Assembly (NCBI GenBank): GCA_004022145.1
Contig: RCNU01000002.1
Origin: Paecilomyces variotii
Taxonomy: Eukaryota
Length of the DNA stretch: 64,000 bases
Reading direction: 5' to 3' (one strand)
The position numbers and the translations under genes were made by a program. Shown here piece by piece: positions 1 to 11,101 of this stretch (position 1 is the first letter of the stretch; the number at the start of each line of letters is the position of its first letter). Under the pieces are notes generated by a model, which was given only the letters and a program-made list of their open reading frames with translations, did not search any database and had not been told where the DNA came from.

Positions 1-152
1 TGAAGCGCCGTTCGGAAGATAGCCCGTCGAACCGAAGTTGTGAGGACGAGGCTGGTGCAATGTTTTTGTCAGTCTCAACTGACATCCCAAAAGCGCCTGT
101 GGGAGCTTGCGCTGCGCGAATCTGGAGGAACACATGCACTTACAGAAGCCAT
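1..152 (-). CDS. 5' end of a gene running off the window edge (MASPRPHNFGSTGYLPNGAS...), possibly a DUF2433/metallophosphoesterase-like protein
   Basis: ATG GCT TCT (152-144) is followed by a GTAAGT donor, a CTGAC branch and a CAG acceptor (intron 143-52). Exon 2 (51-1) is open. The upstream sequence is CT-rich on the minus strand. The family guess rests only on recall of similar N-termini. Confidence 0.55.
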
Positions 153-837
153 GAGGGAGGTATGGAGTGAACTCAAGGTCGTATTTCAGAAGGAGACGTG
201 TTAGAAGAGAGGAACGTGGGACGGTCGTCAAGGACGGAGGCGGTGGTTGAGATCTCAAAAGGACAGGGTAGGGGGAAAACGCGCTAGAGGAAAGTAGAGG
301 CCGAAGTGAACCGTTAGGAGTTGCGTAAAGGCTGAGGATAGAAGAAGACGGCCTGGGGAGCTGCCGGCTATGGGAGGGAGTAAGGAGGAATGATATTAAA
401 CGGGGCGGGATTCAGAAGACGAAGGAAGCGCAGTCAGACAACAACAGGAAGAGGCGTTGTTCGTTTCCTTTCGGTCTGGGGCAGCACCGTATCTTATGTA
501 AGCACGCGGCTCAGCGATGTTGTTGTTGCCTCAGGCGCCGACTGAATACCAGATGGCATTGAGGATGCGTATTATCGCGATACATTCATGCGAGAATAAC
601 GAATCTCGAGCCCTTTTCTACGGGCGTCTCTTTGTATTAGAAGAAATCTGATAAATCTTTCTTGTCCCGGCAACAAAGACCTTTATGATTGGCAATACTA
701 CGGACTTAGATCCCGAAGATGGTTATCAGCATGTAAGTAAGTATTTTGTGATTGCGGGAAACTTATGCACAGTGTATATGATTAGCAAATATATGTGCTG
801 TCTTATATATTTCTGTTGCAATCAAACACATTGTTGC

Positions 838-3038
838 TCACAGGTCCTCGGTTTTTAAACCAGCAGTATTCAAGTCCTCTGCATCCGCAGTTGCCGACCT
901 CGTGGACAACGCGGAAAGTGAAACAGATCCAGGACCCTCCAGCGCCAGTAGAGCCAAATGACCGCCCACTGTCGGCCGCGCTTTGCACAAAACTCCTACG
1001 CCTGGCTTGTTGCCTTGAGCGGATGTAGAGATGTACCGATCAGAGAAAGGCCATGCATTCAATCCATTCGTCATGAATGCCCAGAGATCGTCTACAAACT
1101 GGTCTCGGGTCGTGGTACCAAATGTGCCAGCCAACCACATGTTCCAGTCAGACTTGGCCCAATCTTGGCGATTGTCAAGAGCGACCCCGTATTCACCTCG
1201 CACAGTTTGGAAAAACTTGCTTCCCATTGCATAGGCGGACGTAGGGAACGTTTCGAGGTCTAACAACACATCCGGATAAAGGTTATAAGGGGTCTTCCAT
1301 GTGGAGGGCATATCTGGGTACTCTAGGACGAAGTGAGTCCTGTTCGGATCTGTCCCGAGTCCGTCAGTATAAAAGATCTTTGCGTGCTCGTCACCGATAT
1401 CCGAGTAGTTTGTGAGTCCGCTGAGTTTTCCGAACGCCTTGAGACCGACAGCAGCCTTGATAGCAAGGTTTGTCTCGTTCGGAAGTGGGCCAGCCGCATC
1501 GTTAGTGGAAAGTTGGTTAGCTATGTTGATGCTATTGTCCACCAGATAATCTGCATATTTTTGCAACATGCCGGTATATTGTGCCGCCCACTGTGTGTCA
1601 CCAGTCGCCTTCGTGTATGCGTATGTAAGAATCATGAGATTCCCCGTTTCTTCAATGGGCATGGGTTCTGCTAGTTGATCGTCGTGGCCGGTAGCATTGG
1701 GATAGCTACTCCCAATGTCGTGAATCACGTAAGGCAGATGCCAGCGTCCAGCTGCCATATACCTCATGACCGGTTCCAGTAGGAGTCGAATGTAGTCAGG
1801 GTCCATGACGTAGTAGATTGGAAAAGCAGGCATGATAATATCCACTGTATTAACATTGCCGTCGCTCGAGATTTCTTTTATGAAGGCCAGAGGATCGCTG
1901 GTATCAAGCGTGTCATAGGGAATGGTTAAATCAATTCCAGCATAAGCTTGTCTCACAGACAGTGTCACTATATCAGAGTACTTCTGGCCGGCGACAGCTG
2001 TTGCTTTCGCCGAGAGTTTCGAGTCCAGCTCAATTGATTCGCTCAGTGCACCTGCGTAATCGTCCAGAAAGTATGACACCGCTTCTGCAGTCGTCGGGTA
2101 CTTTGAGCGATAGTAGCCTGTGTATGCTTCCCCCAGATAGTTGATCGCCTTTTCTCTCACGTAGCCGACAGCATAAGTCACGGACTGGCTTCCCGTCACG
2201 CGGCCAAGGCTATGAGAAAGAGCAACAACTTCACCAGGATTCCACTGCGACTGCGGCACAGTGAACGTCCCATGGCGGGCAAAATCAGATCTCGCGGTAT
2301 TAGCTGGCCCAGAAAAAGCAGAGAGATTAGATGATAGAGATGGCTTTGAGGCGAATACCACTTCGCCCCAGAGAGCCATATCATCGATCTCAGTGTACGT
2401 TGCGGCATTTTCAGCAGTCAATGTAAACACGGAAGTTGCTTCCTGGGTCCTAAAATTCTGTTCAGTATCAGTCGAGCCAGTCCATTCATCTCCGATATCC
2501 GAATATATCTGGATATCATGGGATCCCGGACTCGACACGGATACCGTTAAATAACCTGCGATCTGCGTTAGTACGGAATTGGACTCCGATCTTTGGCATT
2601 GTCACTCTTACTGAAAGGAAGCGATTGTCGGAGATAGTTGGAAGGAGACACGGGAGACAGGAAGTCCAGAGTAAATGTCACTGGGCCAGCATTGAGAGTA
2701 AACATCGAGTGAGTTGTTGTATATTCTGCCTTCTGGACCTGCGCTGGGATAGTAGTGTTCTCAGAATTGGCTACTCCCATCAAACTGTATGCTTTTCCGT
2801 CGACGCGGCCAATTATCGACCACGTAAGATCCTGACCGGTCCAGAACTGAGGCGTTGATGTTGGTAGGCTTTCTACCAGGCTGCCAGGAATCCATGTTGA
2901 CAGATACGGATTGCGTACTGCCAAGGGATACGAAGGAGGCAGGGCAGGCTCATAGTCAACGCCAGCGTTGACTGAAAGTACAGACAGGTAAAATGCAATA
3001 CATTGACCGACTCCTAGTCGGGCACTAAGCTGGTACAT
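838..3038 (-). CDS. gtaA: Secreted glutaminase GtaA-like protein
   Basis: Exons 3038-2612 and 2555-838, with a 56-nt GTAAGA..CAG intron joining RQSLPF-S-YLTVSV. Has a signal peptide and motifs PPSYPLAVRNPYLSTW, KEISSDGNVNTVD, MPIEETGN, TNLAIKA, AKSDW and ARPTVGG. Confidence 0.9.
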
Positions 3039-6000
3039 TGGTTGCAGGATGGTACTGACCAGTTGATCGGAATCTAAATGTATCCCGAAGAGACGTTCGA
3101 ACGACGCGTGTACCAGCAGCACGAAGGACTGAACACTTGAGACAACAAGATCAGAAAAGCGACGAGCACCAGGCTCCATATATTGCTGGCGCCATGCTGG
3201 CGCTTCGTGTAGGAGATACGCCGCCATTCTCTAGCTGGAATGCGACGGCCCAAGTCCAGAACGTTGACTTGGGGAGTATGTCGATGTTGTCTCCATTCCC
3301 TCTCTCCAAGGCCTGAAACGGGTGCATAGATGACTAAGCTCTCGGCATTGTTAACTATGTTAACTTGTAGTCTTGTACATACAGTTTGCTTTTTGATCAG
3401 ACGAGAATCTGGCCATACACATTTCTCCTTTGTCTAGATCGATTGTCTAAGTTGTAAATCATTGCTCGTTATGCCTCCTTCCCCGCATCACCAGATGCCA
3501 TCATGTGCGCCGCATCTCGGCTGGAGCTATAAGATCTCAGCTGAATGCACAAAATACGTAGCGTGCATCTTCTGTAAGGCTACACAGTAGAGTCACCACA
3601 TTCGGTATGGCATGATTGTCATTCGATACATGAAAACACTCGAGTGGTTGGAATAAACTAGACTAGGTTCCCCCGCAAAATCATTTGGAAGTTGATACGA
3701 GAGCGGAGGGATTTAGCGTGCGGGAGACGGCTCGTTCCCTGGTCGGCTGACTTGAGACAGAACTACAGTATGTATATCGGAACCCTCGTGTTACAATGCA
3801 CGCCATCAAGAGTGCTGAGTACATGCACTTTGGCAAGTGGAATATTGGAAGTTCTTGGAATTTTTCTTAGGAGCTGATTGACGCACCCGAAGGAAGTGAC
3901 ACCCCGGTTTGGGTCGAGTCTTCCTTGAAGACAACTGATAGGCCTCATGTAAGGTGTGTGTGATCTATATATGCCGCACTAGTGCTTACCTTAGGAGCAC
4001 TGGAATATTTCTAAAGCCTTGTATGTACCAGAAGGAAATTTGCTGTTAACCAGCTTTTCATCGTTCAATGTTGTTTCGTGTTCGAACCATTTCTGAGTGT
4101 ATCAAGCCAGCGGTGAATATCTCCGCACCAAATTACATTCCCCTCCTTGTGAAAGCCGCAAGGATGGAAACTTTATAGGTCAATGTTTACGATAACTATT
4201 GATGTCGTGGATCATTAGCGGTGATTATTATTCACCTAAAGCAAGCAGATGCACCTACGTCATCGAATCTGGGAAAATATAGACGTTTTAGCTGCCAAAT
4301 GCCCTATGCATCATCAACTACCACATGCTGCATTTGGAATATACATCAACCTATTTTGAATTGATGACAGAATAATAATAAATCAAACCTGGAGCATGGA
4401 AATTTTGTCACGTAATGATGCCAAAAAAAAAAGGAGCGACCTCTCCGTTCAGTGCTCGAATATATTTTGATGAAATGGCGGAGTTCTTCAGTTACATCGC
4501 CATTGATCAGCAAGACAATACTTACAGCAGTGACTCCCTGGAAATCTCAAACTATTTAAGACTGCCTCGCCAATTAGCAGAAATAGCCGCAATTTTCTTG
4601 CGTAGAGTGTTTTGTACAGTACATAGGCGGTATGAGGATCGAAGGGTCTAAGATGGACAAGGAAGCTGCTAATAAAATGAAGTTGTCCTGCTCAGTCTAA
4701 CTGTCTAAGGTTAAGCATTTTAAGCACTTGATGGTGCCTGCATATTTAACTACTCATATCGGAAATACCTCCCTCAGTTTGCACAGATCGGTCGGACAAG
4801 GGAAGGTGCTGGCACTCACGAAGGCCTGAAAATTGCTAGATATGCGGTGAAGGTAGGAGATCTTGAGACATCGGAGCCACTGTTACCCACTTGGCTTATT
4901 TCTTTCTTGGGTCTTGAGTCTTGAGACACCGTACTTCGGTTCGGATGTGGGCGCATGAGAAGTGGCTGATAAACGTGGGATCAGCTGTCTAACTCTTGAA
5001 GTAGAAAAAGAGTAACACGCTAATCGTCGACCTCGTAGATCGTGGCTGATCTACAAAATTAGAGTAAATGTATTCCGTACCGTACCTACTACGACCTAGT
5101 ACCTACACACCGCTCTGCATATTATTACTATTCTGCCTTACCAGCAATGAAGCGTTATTCGACCTCGGCTACGGAGTAGTTACTTGAGATTCAGCTTTAA
5201 TAAGCCCAGCTGATGAGTTGGTCAACGGGTTTTCAGCCCGTTTCGCTAGCGTGTCTTGGAAGCGTTGGCAAGTGCATTCTAGCTGCTTCCAGGAAAGTTG
5301 TGTTTTTCTTTCTCCACAGAAGCTTCTGAGCTTTGTTCCCAACGTCGCATATAGAACCTATTAATATCTCTTTCAGTGTGGCACTGGATAGTAGCAGGTG
5401 GCGGTATCAGGTAGGTTTGCTATCCGTATTCGAGAATCTCTTGGCGACTATCTAATCTTGTCAGGTCTGGCTTGTCAAAACATTGGGCACTGCACGTCCT
5501 GACGCAGTGATTTCCATGATCCACATGCGCTATAATGGTCTGCACTCCACAAGCTCCTACGTTATACTACTTACTGTGTAGTCTGGCGTTGGCAATCCAC
5601 AACGTCTAGCATCATGGAACCGGAAACCCAGCTACCGGGACCCTCTATGTTCAAATTGGGGAGGCCGTTTCTAACGGCGTGCAATGCAAGGGAACCGATC
5701 TGGATGCCAAGTCAGACCAAAATATAGAATGTTTCCATCTCTACTTGCGGTGTGGAGAAGAATATTATTATTATTGCTGGACTTCCTCAACATGCCCAGG
5801 ACCCCATACTTCAGATGTCCTCTGAAAGATGGATTACTCGTCCATAAGAGTAAGGAGTCTCCGTTGCTATTACTGTCACCACGTAATACTTCAAAGCAGC
5901 TTTTATATGCAGGTATGACTTCGTTGTCTAGCATCAACAAATTAGACTACTGCACTTAGGGAAACAGTCTGACTGTCCAATGTCAATCACTCATACTAAG

Positions 6001-6277
6001 TGAACCAGTGTTTGAGACCAGACTTGAAGCCGCTCACCCGCGCAGAGTTACTGGAGATGGACAAGGAATATCAGCTGCGCCTGGCCAACAGTTCCCCATA
6101 GGGTTGATTTAGCGTCCCACGGGGCTTTCACTTAATCTCTGGAGGGGCAATCTTTGATATCGTGAAGGTATAAAGAGGGGTCACAGTTCTTCATTCCGTC
6201 CCCCCGTCCTTTGATATCCAGAATCATCACTCTCAAGTTCTCCCTCAACTTCTATAACACCAGATCTACTATTCACA

Positions 6278-6808
6278 ATGTCTTTCCACGTCAGCTGCGA
6301 AGACATCCGCATCGAGGTTCTGCCCGGTGACGCCACCTACCTGTGCTGTGCTGGCAAGGACGTCGATGGCAACTGGCACCCTAACCGTCTCCGTCTCGAC
6401 GACATCATCGGAAACAGCGATGGTAAGTCGCGACTACCTGTCTGGCTTTCTAGAGATATCACCTTGGATCCTATATTCTATATCCTATATCCTATATTGT
6501 CCTTGGTCGTTACTTAGAAGATGTCAAGTATATCGCTGACTTCCCCAGGCTGGTTCATCTGGGGTGGCCGTGACTTCACCCACAGTGCTCGTGAGATCCA
6601 CCTCGAACACGGCGCCAACGGCCCTCACCTCACCGCTGAGCTGCCCATGCGGGATGGCGGCTACCGTGAGCGCCAGGGAATCGACCTGGCCGACAAGATT
6701 CGGAACGAGAACGGTCGTCTGATCTTCCTGGTAAGTGGTCAAGAATATTCCCTAAATCACCATCATAAGGCCAGAGTCCTAACCGCTTGAATATGATAGG
6801 GACCTTGA
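6278..6808 (+). CDS. Cyanovirin-N homology (CVNH) lectin-domain protein, 111 aa
   Basis: Exons 6278-6422, 6549-6730 and 6800-6808 (GTAAGT donors; 336 nt in frame). Motifs MSFHVSCEDIRI, LDDIIGNSDGWFIWGGRDFTHSA and IDLADKIRNENGRL. TATAAA at about 6169. Confidence 0.9.
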
Positions 6809-7151
6809 AACATCCCAAAGTCAGTACATGCAGTTAAACGCGCCTCCGCATCTGAGAAGAAAGATGATGGAATGATTTAGGGCCCATCCACACAAGAAAC
6901 GTGTGATGTAGATGCTAGAAATAGAGATACCAATACACATGGACTATCATGGGAAATGCCATGAGTCGATCATAACTGTGGGAAGGAAATCGTAAACTGT
7001 CTTTTTTGTAGAGAATAGACATTAGTTGAAGCAGATTCAATGTTGGAAGTACCAATGTGATGGTACATGTCTATAAAAACTCTGGTTAACTACCCATAAC
7101 TAACCCCCCCCTTTTTTGAGAGCTGATTATCAGAGACGACAAAGACCACCT

Positions 7152-9047
7152 TCAACTCCTAAACAGTCTCAATCCACCCTCTTCCGCATCCTCATCACTC
7201 TCCACACCATTCTGGCCCGCTTCCTCGTCATCATCCTCTTCCCGCAGCTGACTGCTAGCAGTCTTACCCAGCAGCGACGCGAAGAACTCTTCACGCGCCT
7301 TATTGGTCCACGTCCCCCGATCCTCTGGTACCATGAAATTCTGCAGCTTCTCATGCACGGTATACCGCATCTTGCGGCCCTTAGAGGCCTTGGTGTCAAC
7401 AGCTCGCTTGACCTTGTCCTTGCGCATGCCCGTCGTGGGGTTAACGGCTGGGAGTTGGATATGCAATGTCTCGACGCCGTTGGTGATGGCGTCGGAGGAA
7501 GACATGCGTTGCTCGACAAGGTCGCGGAGGAGAGATTGGTAGAAGAGGGTGTCGTCGTAGACTGGTTGGGGGACGTCGTTGGAGTTTGATGTAGTGCCAT
7601 TCGACTGCCGCGAGCGCTTGGAGGCGCGTTCGCCGTTCTCCGAGGCGATGTGGGCATCTAGAACAGCAGTGATGGTTTGCTGAGAGCCAGAGGCACTTCC
7701 CAAGAGCTTGCCTCGGGCGTTTGGAAGAGTAGCGTTCGACCCGCGCACTTTGGCTGACCATTTGTCTAGAATGGCGCGGCGGTGGGCGACAGATTCAGCT
7801 TCGAGATCCATCATTCGCTTCCAGAGGGAGGCAGACGAAGTCGTAGCAGACGCGGGAGATGGTCGCTTTCTCTTCTTGGACGAGTCCTTTGACTGTGCAT
7901 CAGATAGAGCAAGTCGTAGGTCCTCAAGAGTAGTCCAGAGAGCCAAAGCAGCGGATTCAGCAGAGCGGATGGCCTCTTCGTCGACTGAGTCCGCTTCCTT
8001 CGCAACGACTGGGAGAGAATTGATAGCAGTGAGTCCCTTCTGCAGCTTGATACGAGTATTGAGCAAAGCATCAAAGGTGGATCGTTGTTGCTTGACAGCA
8101 AAACCCTTGGCCGCATCCGCCTTTGCAGCTTGCGAAATGGTCGCCGCAATGGTCTTTTGATCGGTAGCCATCAACCTGCGAAGTTCCTCCCGCTCTTCAG
8201 ACTGACCGACTGCCGGCGCCGGGATGTTATCATCTTCTTCTTCCTCGTCTTCGTCATCCTCGTCTCCGCTGAGAGCGTCGGAATCGCCTTCGGAGACTTC
8301 CTCACTGCCCTGGTCGCTAGCAGAACCGTCGACCTCCATTCCATCCTCGCTATCTTCCTCTTCATCCTCGCTATCTCCCTCTCCATCCACATCTGCGACC
8401 CGAGACTGCTTGCTAGCGCGGAATTTGAAGTCCTTGAAACGTTCCTCATCGCTCTCTCCGAATGCATCAGCGCTATCGATCTCGTCGTCGTCATCGTCAA
8501 TCTCATCTCCTTCATCTCCAGACTCCTCATCTTCCTCTTCTTCATCATCGGAGACGTCCTCATCTTCTGACCGCTTGGCGAAAGGATCGTCGTCACTCTC
8601 CGCTTCGAGGTCCGTTCTGCTCACTTTGGAACCGGCATATTCCTTGCCTAAGCTTACCGTCTGCGGCTTGCGCAACTTGCTCTTTCTATTACGACTGTCA
8701 GATGACCTCTATTTTTTTTTTTTTTCCAACATGGAAAAGGAACACAGTGAAAACTCACCCTACGTCCTCATAATGTTCCCTTCCAGCATTATCATCAGCC
8801 ACAGATCGGTCATCGTCGCTGCGCAATCCATCGTCCTGGTCTTCGGGATCGAAGTCTGTAATAATAATAGAGAATGTTAGCGATCTGATCGCACCTAGCG
8901 AACATGAAAGATCCCCTCAAAATACGATCCGAATTGCGACACTGTATAAAAACCATACATACCCTTAGGTGTAGGATCCTCCAAATCTTTCAGTTGGTCC
9001 GCCAGGCTTCTACCCAGCGACGACCGAGGTTTCTCTTCTGGCGCCAT
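7152..9047 (-). CDS. BFR2: Ribosome biogenesis protein Bfr2 (AATF/TRAUB family)
   Basis: Exons 9047-8963, 8855-8759 and 8685-7152. Has DFDPED, REHYEDVGKSKLR, an acidic tract, and C-terminal YDDTLFYQSLLRDL and VDTKASKGRKMRYTVHEKLQNFM. Confidence 0.95.
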
Positions 9048-9350
9048 GACTGCAACACTGCGTTGCTGCGTCGCGTTGTCTGACTGCCGTTTTCCTTTTC
9101 CCTGCGTTGCGCAGAAACCAAGCAAAAGCTATCTCGGTCGTCTTATTTTTCTTTTTTTTTCTGGTCCAAAAATTCCGCCGGGAAAAATTCCCCCCAGCGG
9201 GACCGACGAGAGCTAAGAGTTTCCGCCTATCACAGCTCAGAATAAGCAGGGCGGTGAGAACAGAAAACAAAGAGGCGCCGCAGTCATTGAATTAAATCGT
9301 GAGATAAACGAACTTATTCCAAGTAGACGAAGAGCTACCTGTCAGTCAAG

Positions 9351-9758
9351 ATGCGCCAACAGCGTCTCTTCTCGACGCTACGGGCATTACAGTCCCATGA
9401 TAACCCTCTGGTATGCTAAACCACTTGACCCTATCCATTATACCATCTCCAGGAATTGCTAGCTGAATCGATTCTCTCAAAGGGTCTACCGCGCTCCGGT
9501 ACTCCGCCATCGTTCCCCCGCCGCCGCGGACTCCCAGAGAAGCGCAAAATCAGAGATGTAAACAAGGTCATTGCCGTCTCTTCCGCAAAGGGCGGAGTCG
9601 GAAAGTCAACAATTGCAGGTACATATACATATCAATTTCTTCCAAAGGGCCTATTTCCCTCGTGAGAGCTAATGTCTCGGTGCTGTCGTTCCGCAATGTC
9701 TTACTATATACGACCTGCCGGTACTAAATGGCGGAGGATGGCAATACGGAACATTTTC

Positions 9759-9797
<39 letters not shown>

Positions 9798-10720
9798 GCA
9801 TACATATAGATGTTGACTGTATATTCCTAATAGTGAATCTCGCACTTGCTTTCGCCCGTCGTGGCATTCGAACAGGCATCCTCGATACTGACATCTTCGG
9901 CCCTTCGATCCCAACACTCCTCAACCTCTCCGGCGAGCCTAGATTAGACGACAGTATGCACGCCCTTTCTTCAACTCTACTTCGTCTTCATTTTATCTTC
10001 CCTCACAAAAGGCATACAATAACTAACCAAGAAACAATTCGCTCAGAAAACTGCCTCGTCCCACTCACAAACTACGGGCTCAAGTCCATGTCAATGGGCT
10101 ACCTCCTCCCTCCACCGCCATCATCCACCACTGAATCTGACCCCTCCGGCTACCAACCCATGGACACAACCCCGATCTCATGGCGTGGCCTCATGGTAAC
10201 GAAAGCCATGCACCAGCTCCTCCACTCCGTCTCCTGGGGCCCACTGGACGTGTTGATCATGGACTTCCCGCCAGGGACCGGCGACGTGCAATTGACAATT
10301 GGCCAGGAGATCGTGGTGGATGGTTCGGTGATCGTCTCGACACCGCAGGATATCGCGCTGCGGGATGCCGTCAGAGGATACGGGATGTTCCAGCGGATGA
10401 ATATCCCCGTGCTGGGCATGGTGAGGAACATGGCATTCTTCGCGTGTCCGCATTGTGGGAAGCAGACTAAAATCTTCTCGAGAGGGGAGCATAGTCATCA
10501 TGATCATGATCATGAGACGGATCGGGGTGTGATTGCTGAATGCAAGAGACTGGGAATTGACTTCTTGGGTGACATCCCGCTCGACGCCAAGGTCTGCGAG
10601 GATGCGGATCGAGGTGTCCCCACGATGGTCGCTGAAGAAAGCGACGAGCGCAGCGCCAGAAGAAACGCTTTCCTCGGTATCGCGGAGAAAGTCGCACATA
10701 AAGTTGGGCTACCTTGGTGA
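9351..10720 (+). CDS. IND1: Mrp/NBP35-family P-loop Fe-S carrier, mitochondrial Ind1/NUBPL type
   Basis: Exons 9351-9410, 9483-9618, 9834-9953 and 10047-10720. Presequence-like MRQQRLFSTLR, SAKGGVGKST, DTDIFGPSIP, WRGLMV, DFPPGTGDVQL and CPHC. Confidence 0.9.
9762..9794. repeat. (AT)n microsatellite, about 16 units, inside IND1 intron 2
   Basis: Uninterrupted ATATAT run seen directly. Confidence 0.95.
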
Positions 10721-11101
10721 GATAAAGTCCCATGCGTTTCAGCAGTGGGTTATCCCACTGTCGATGCTGGAGGCTACAGAATCTGTATACTATTGTGCCA
10801 TTTTACGAGAGCGCGGATCTTCAAATCTCAATGTATTATAATATATGGCGTCCAGGCGTCTACTGTGATTGGACTATATGCAAAGGGGTATGCGAATGGG
10901 AAAACAAACGGAAAATCTGTGAAAGCGCACTGTTGGATCCACGATAACGAAGGATTTCGTACTCTAACAAAAAGAAAATTGCCACGCTTCTAAATGCTTG
11001 TAAATAACGTATATATAGGGTATAAAACGGAGAAAGAGATCGAAACGAAGGTGGTCTATCCAAAAAGAGAGTTTGCTGCCTTGCTAAAAGCATGCATGCA
11101 G

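Noticed and set aside
3039-3227. Longer N-terminus for GtaA from ATG 3227
   Set aside because: The ATG at 3038 gives a normal signal peptide directly before the conserved domain; the extension has no support.
4651-6068. 14-bp direct repeat AGATGGACAAGGAA at 4651 and 6055 as possible element ends
   Set aside because: Several 14-mer matches are expected by chance in 64 kb, and there is no transposase or terminal structure between them.
6468-6498. CCTATAT heptamer repeats in CVNH intron 1
   Set aside because: Short imperfect slippage repeat with no evident function.
8085-8880. Ser-rich and hydrophobic plus-strand ORFs (161 and 218 aa)
   Set aside because: Antisense shadows of the acidic Asp/Glu tract of BFR2.
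9728-9833. N-terminus of the 330-aa ORF with a YIYIYI repeat
   Set aside because: Translation of the intronic (AT)n microsatellite; the true start is 9351.
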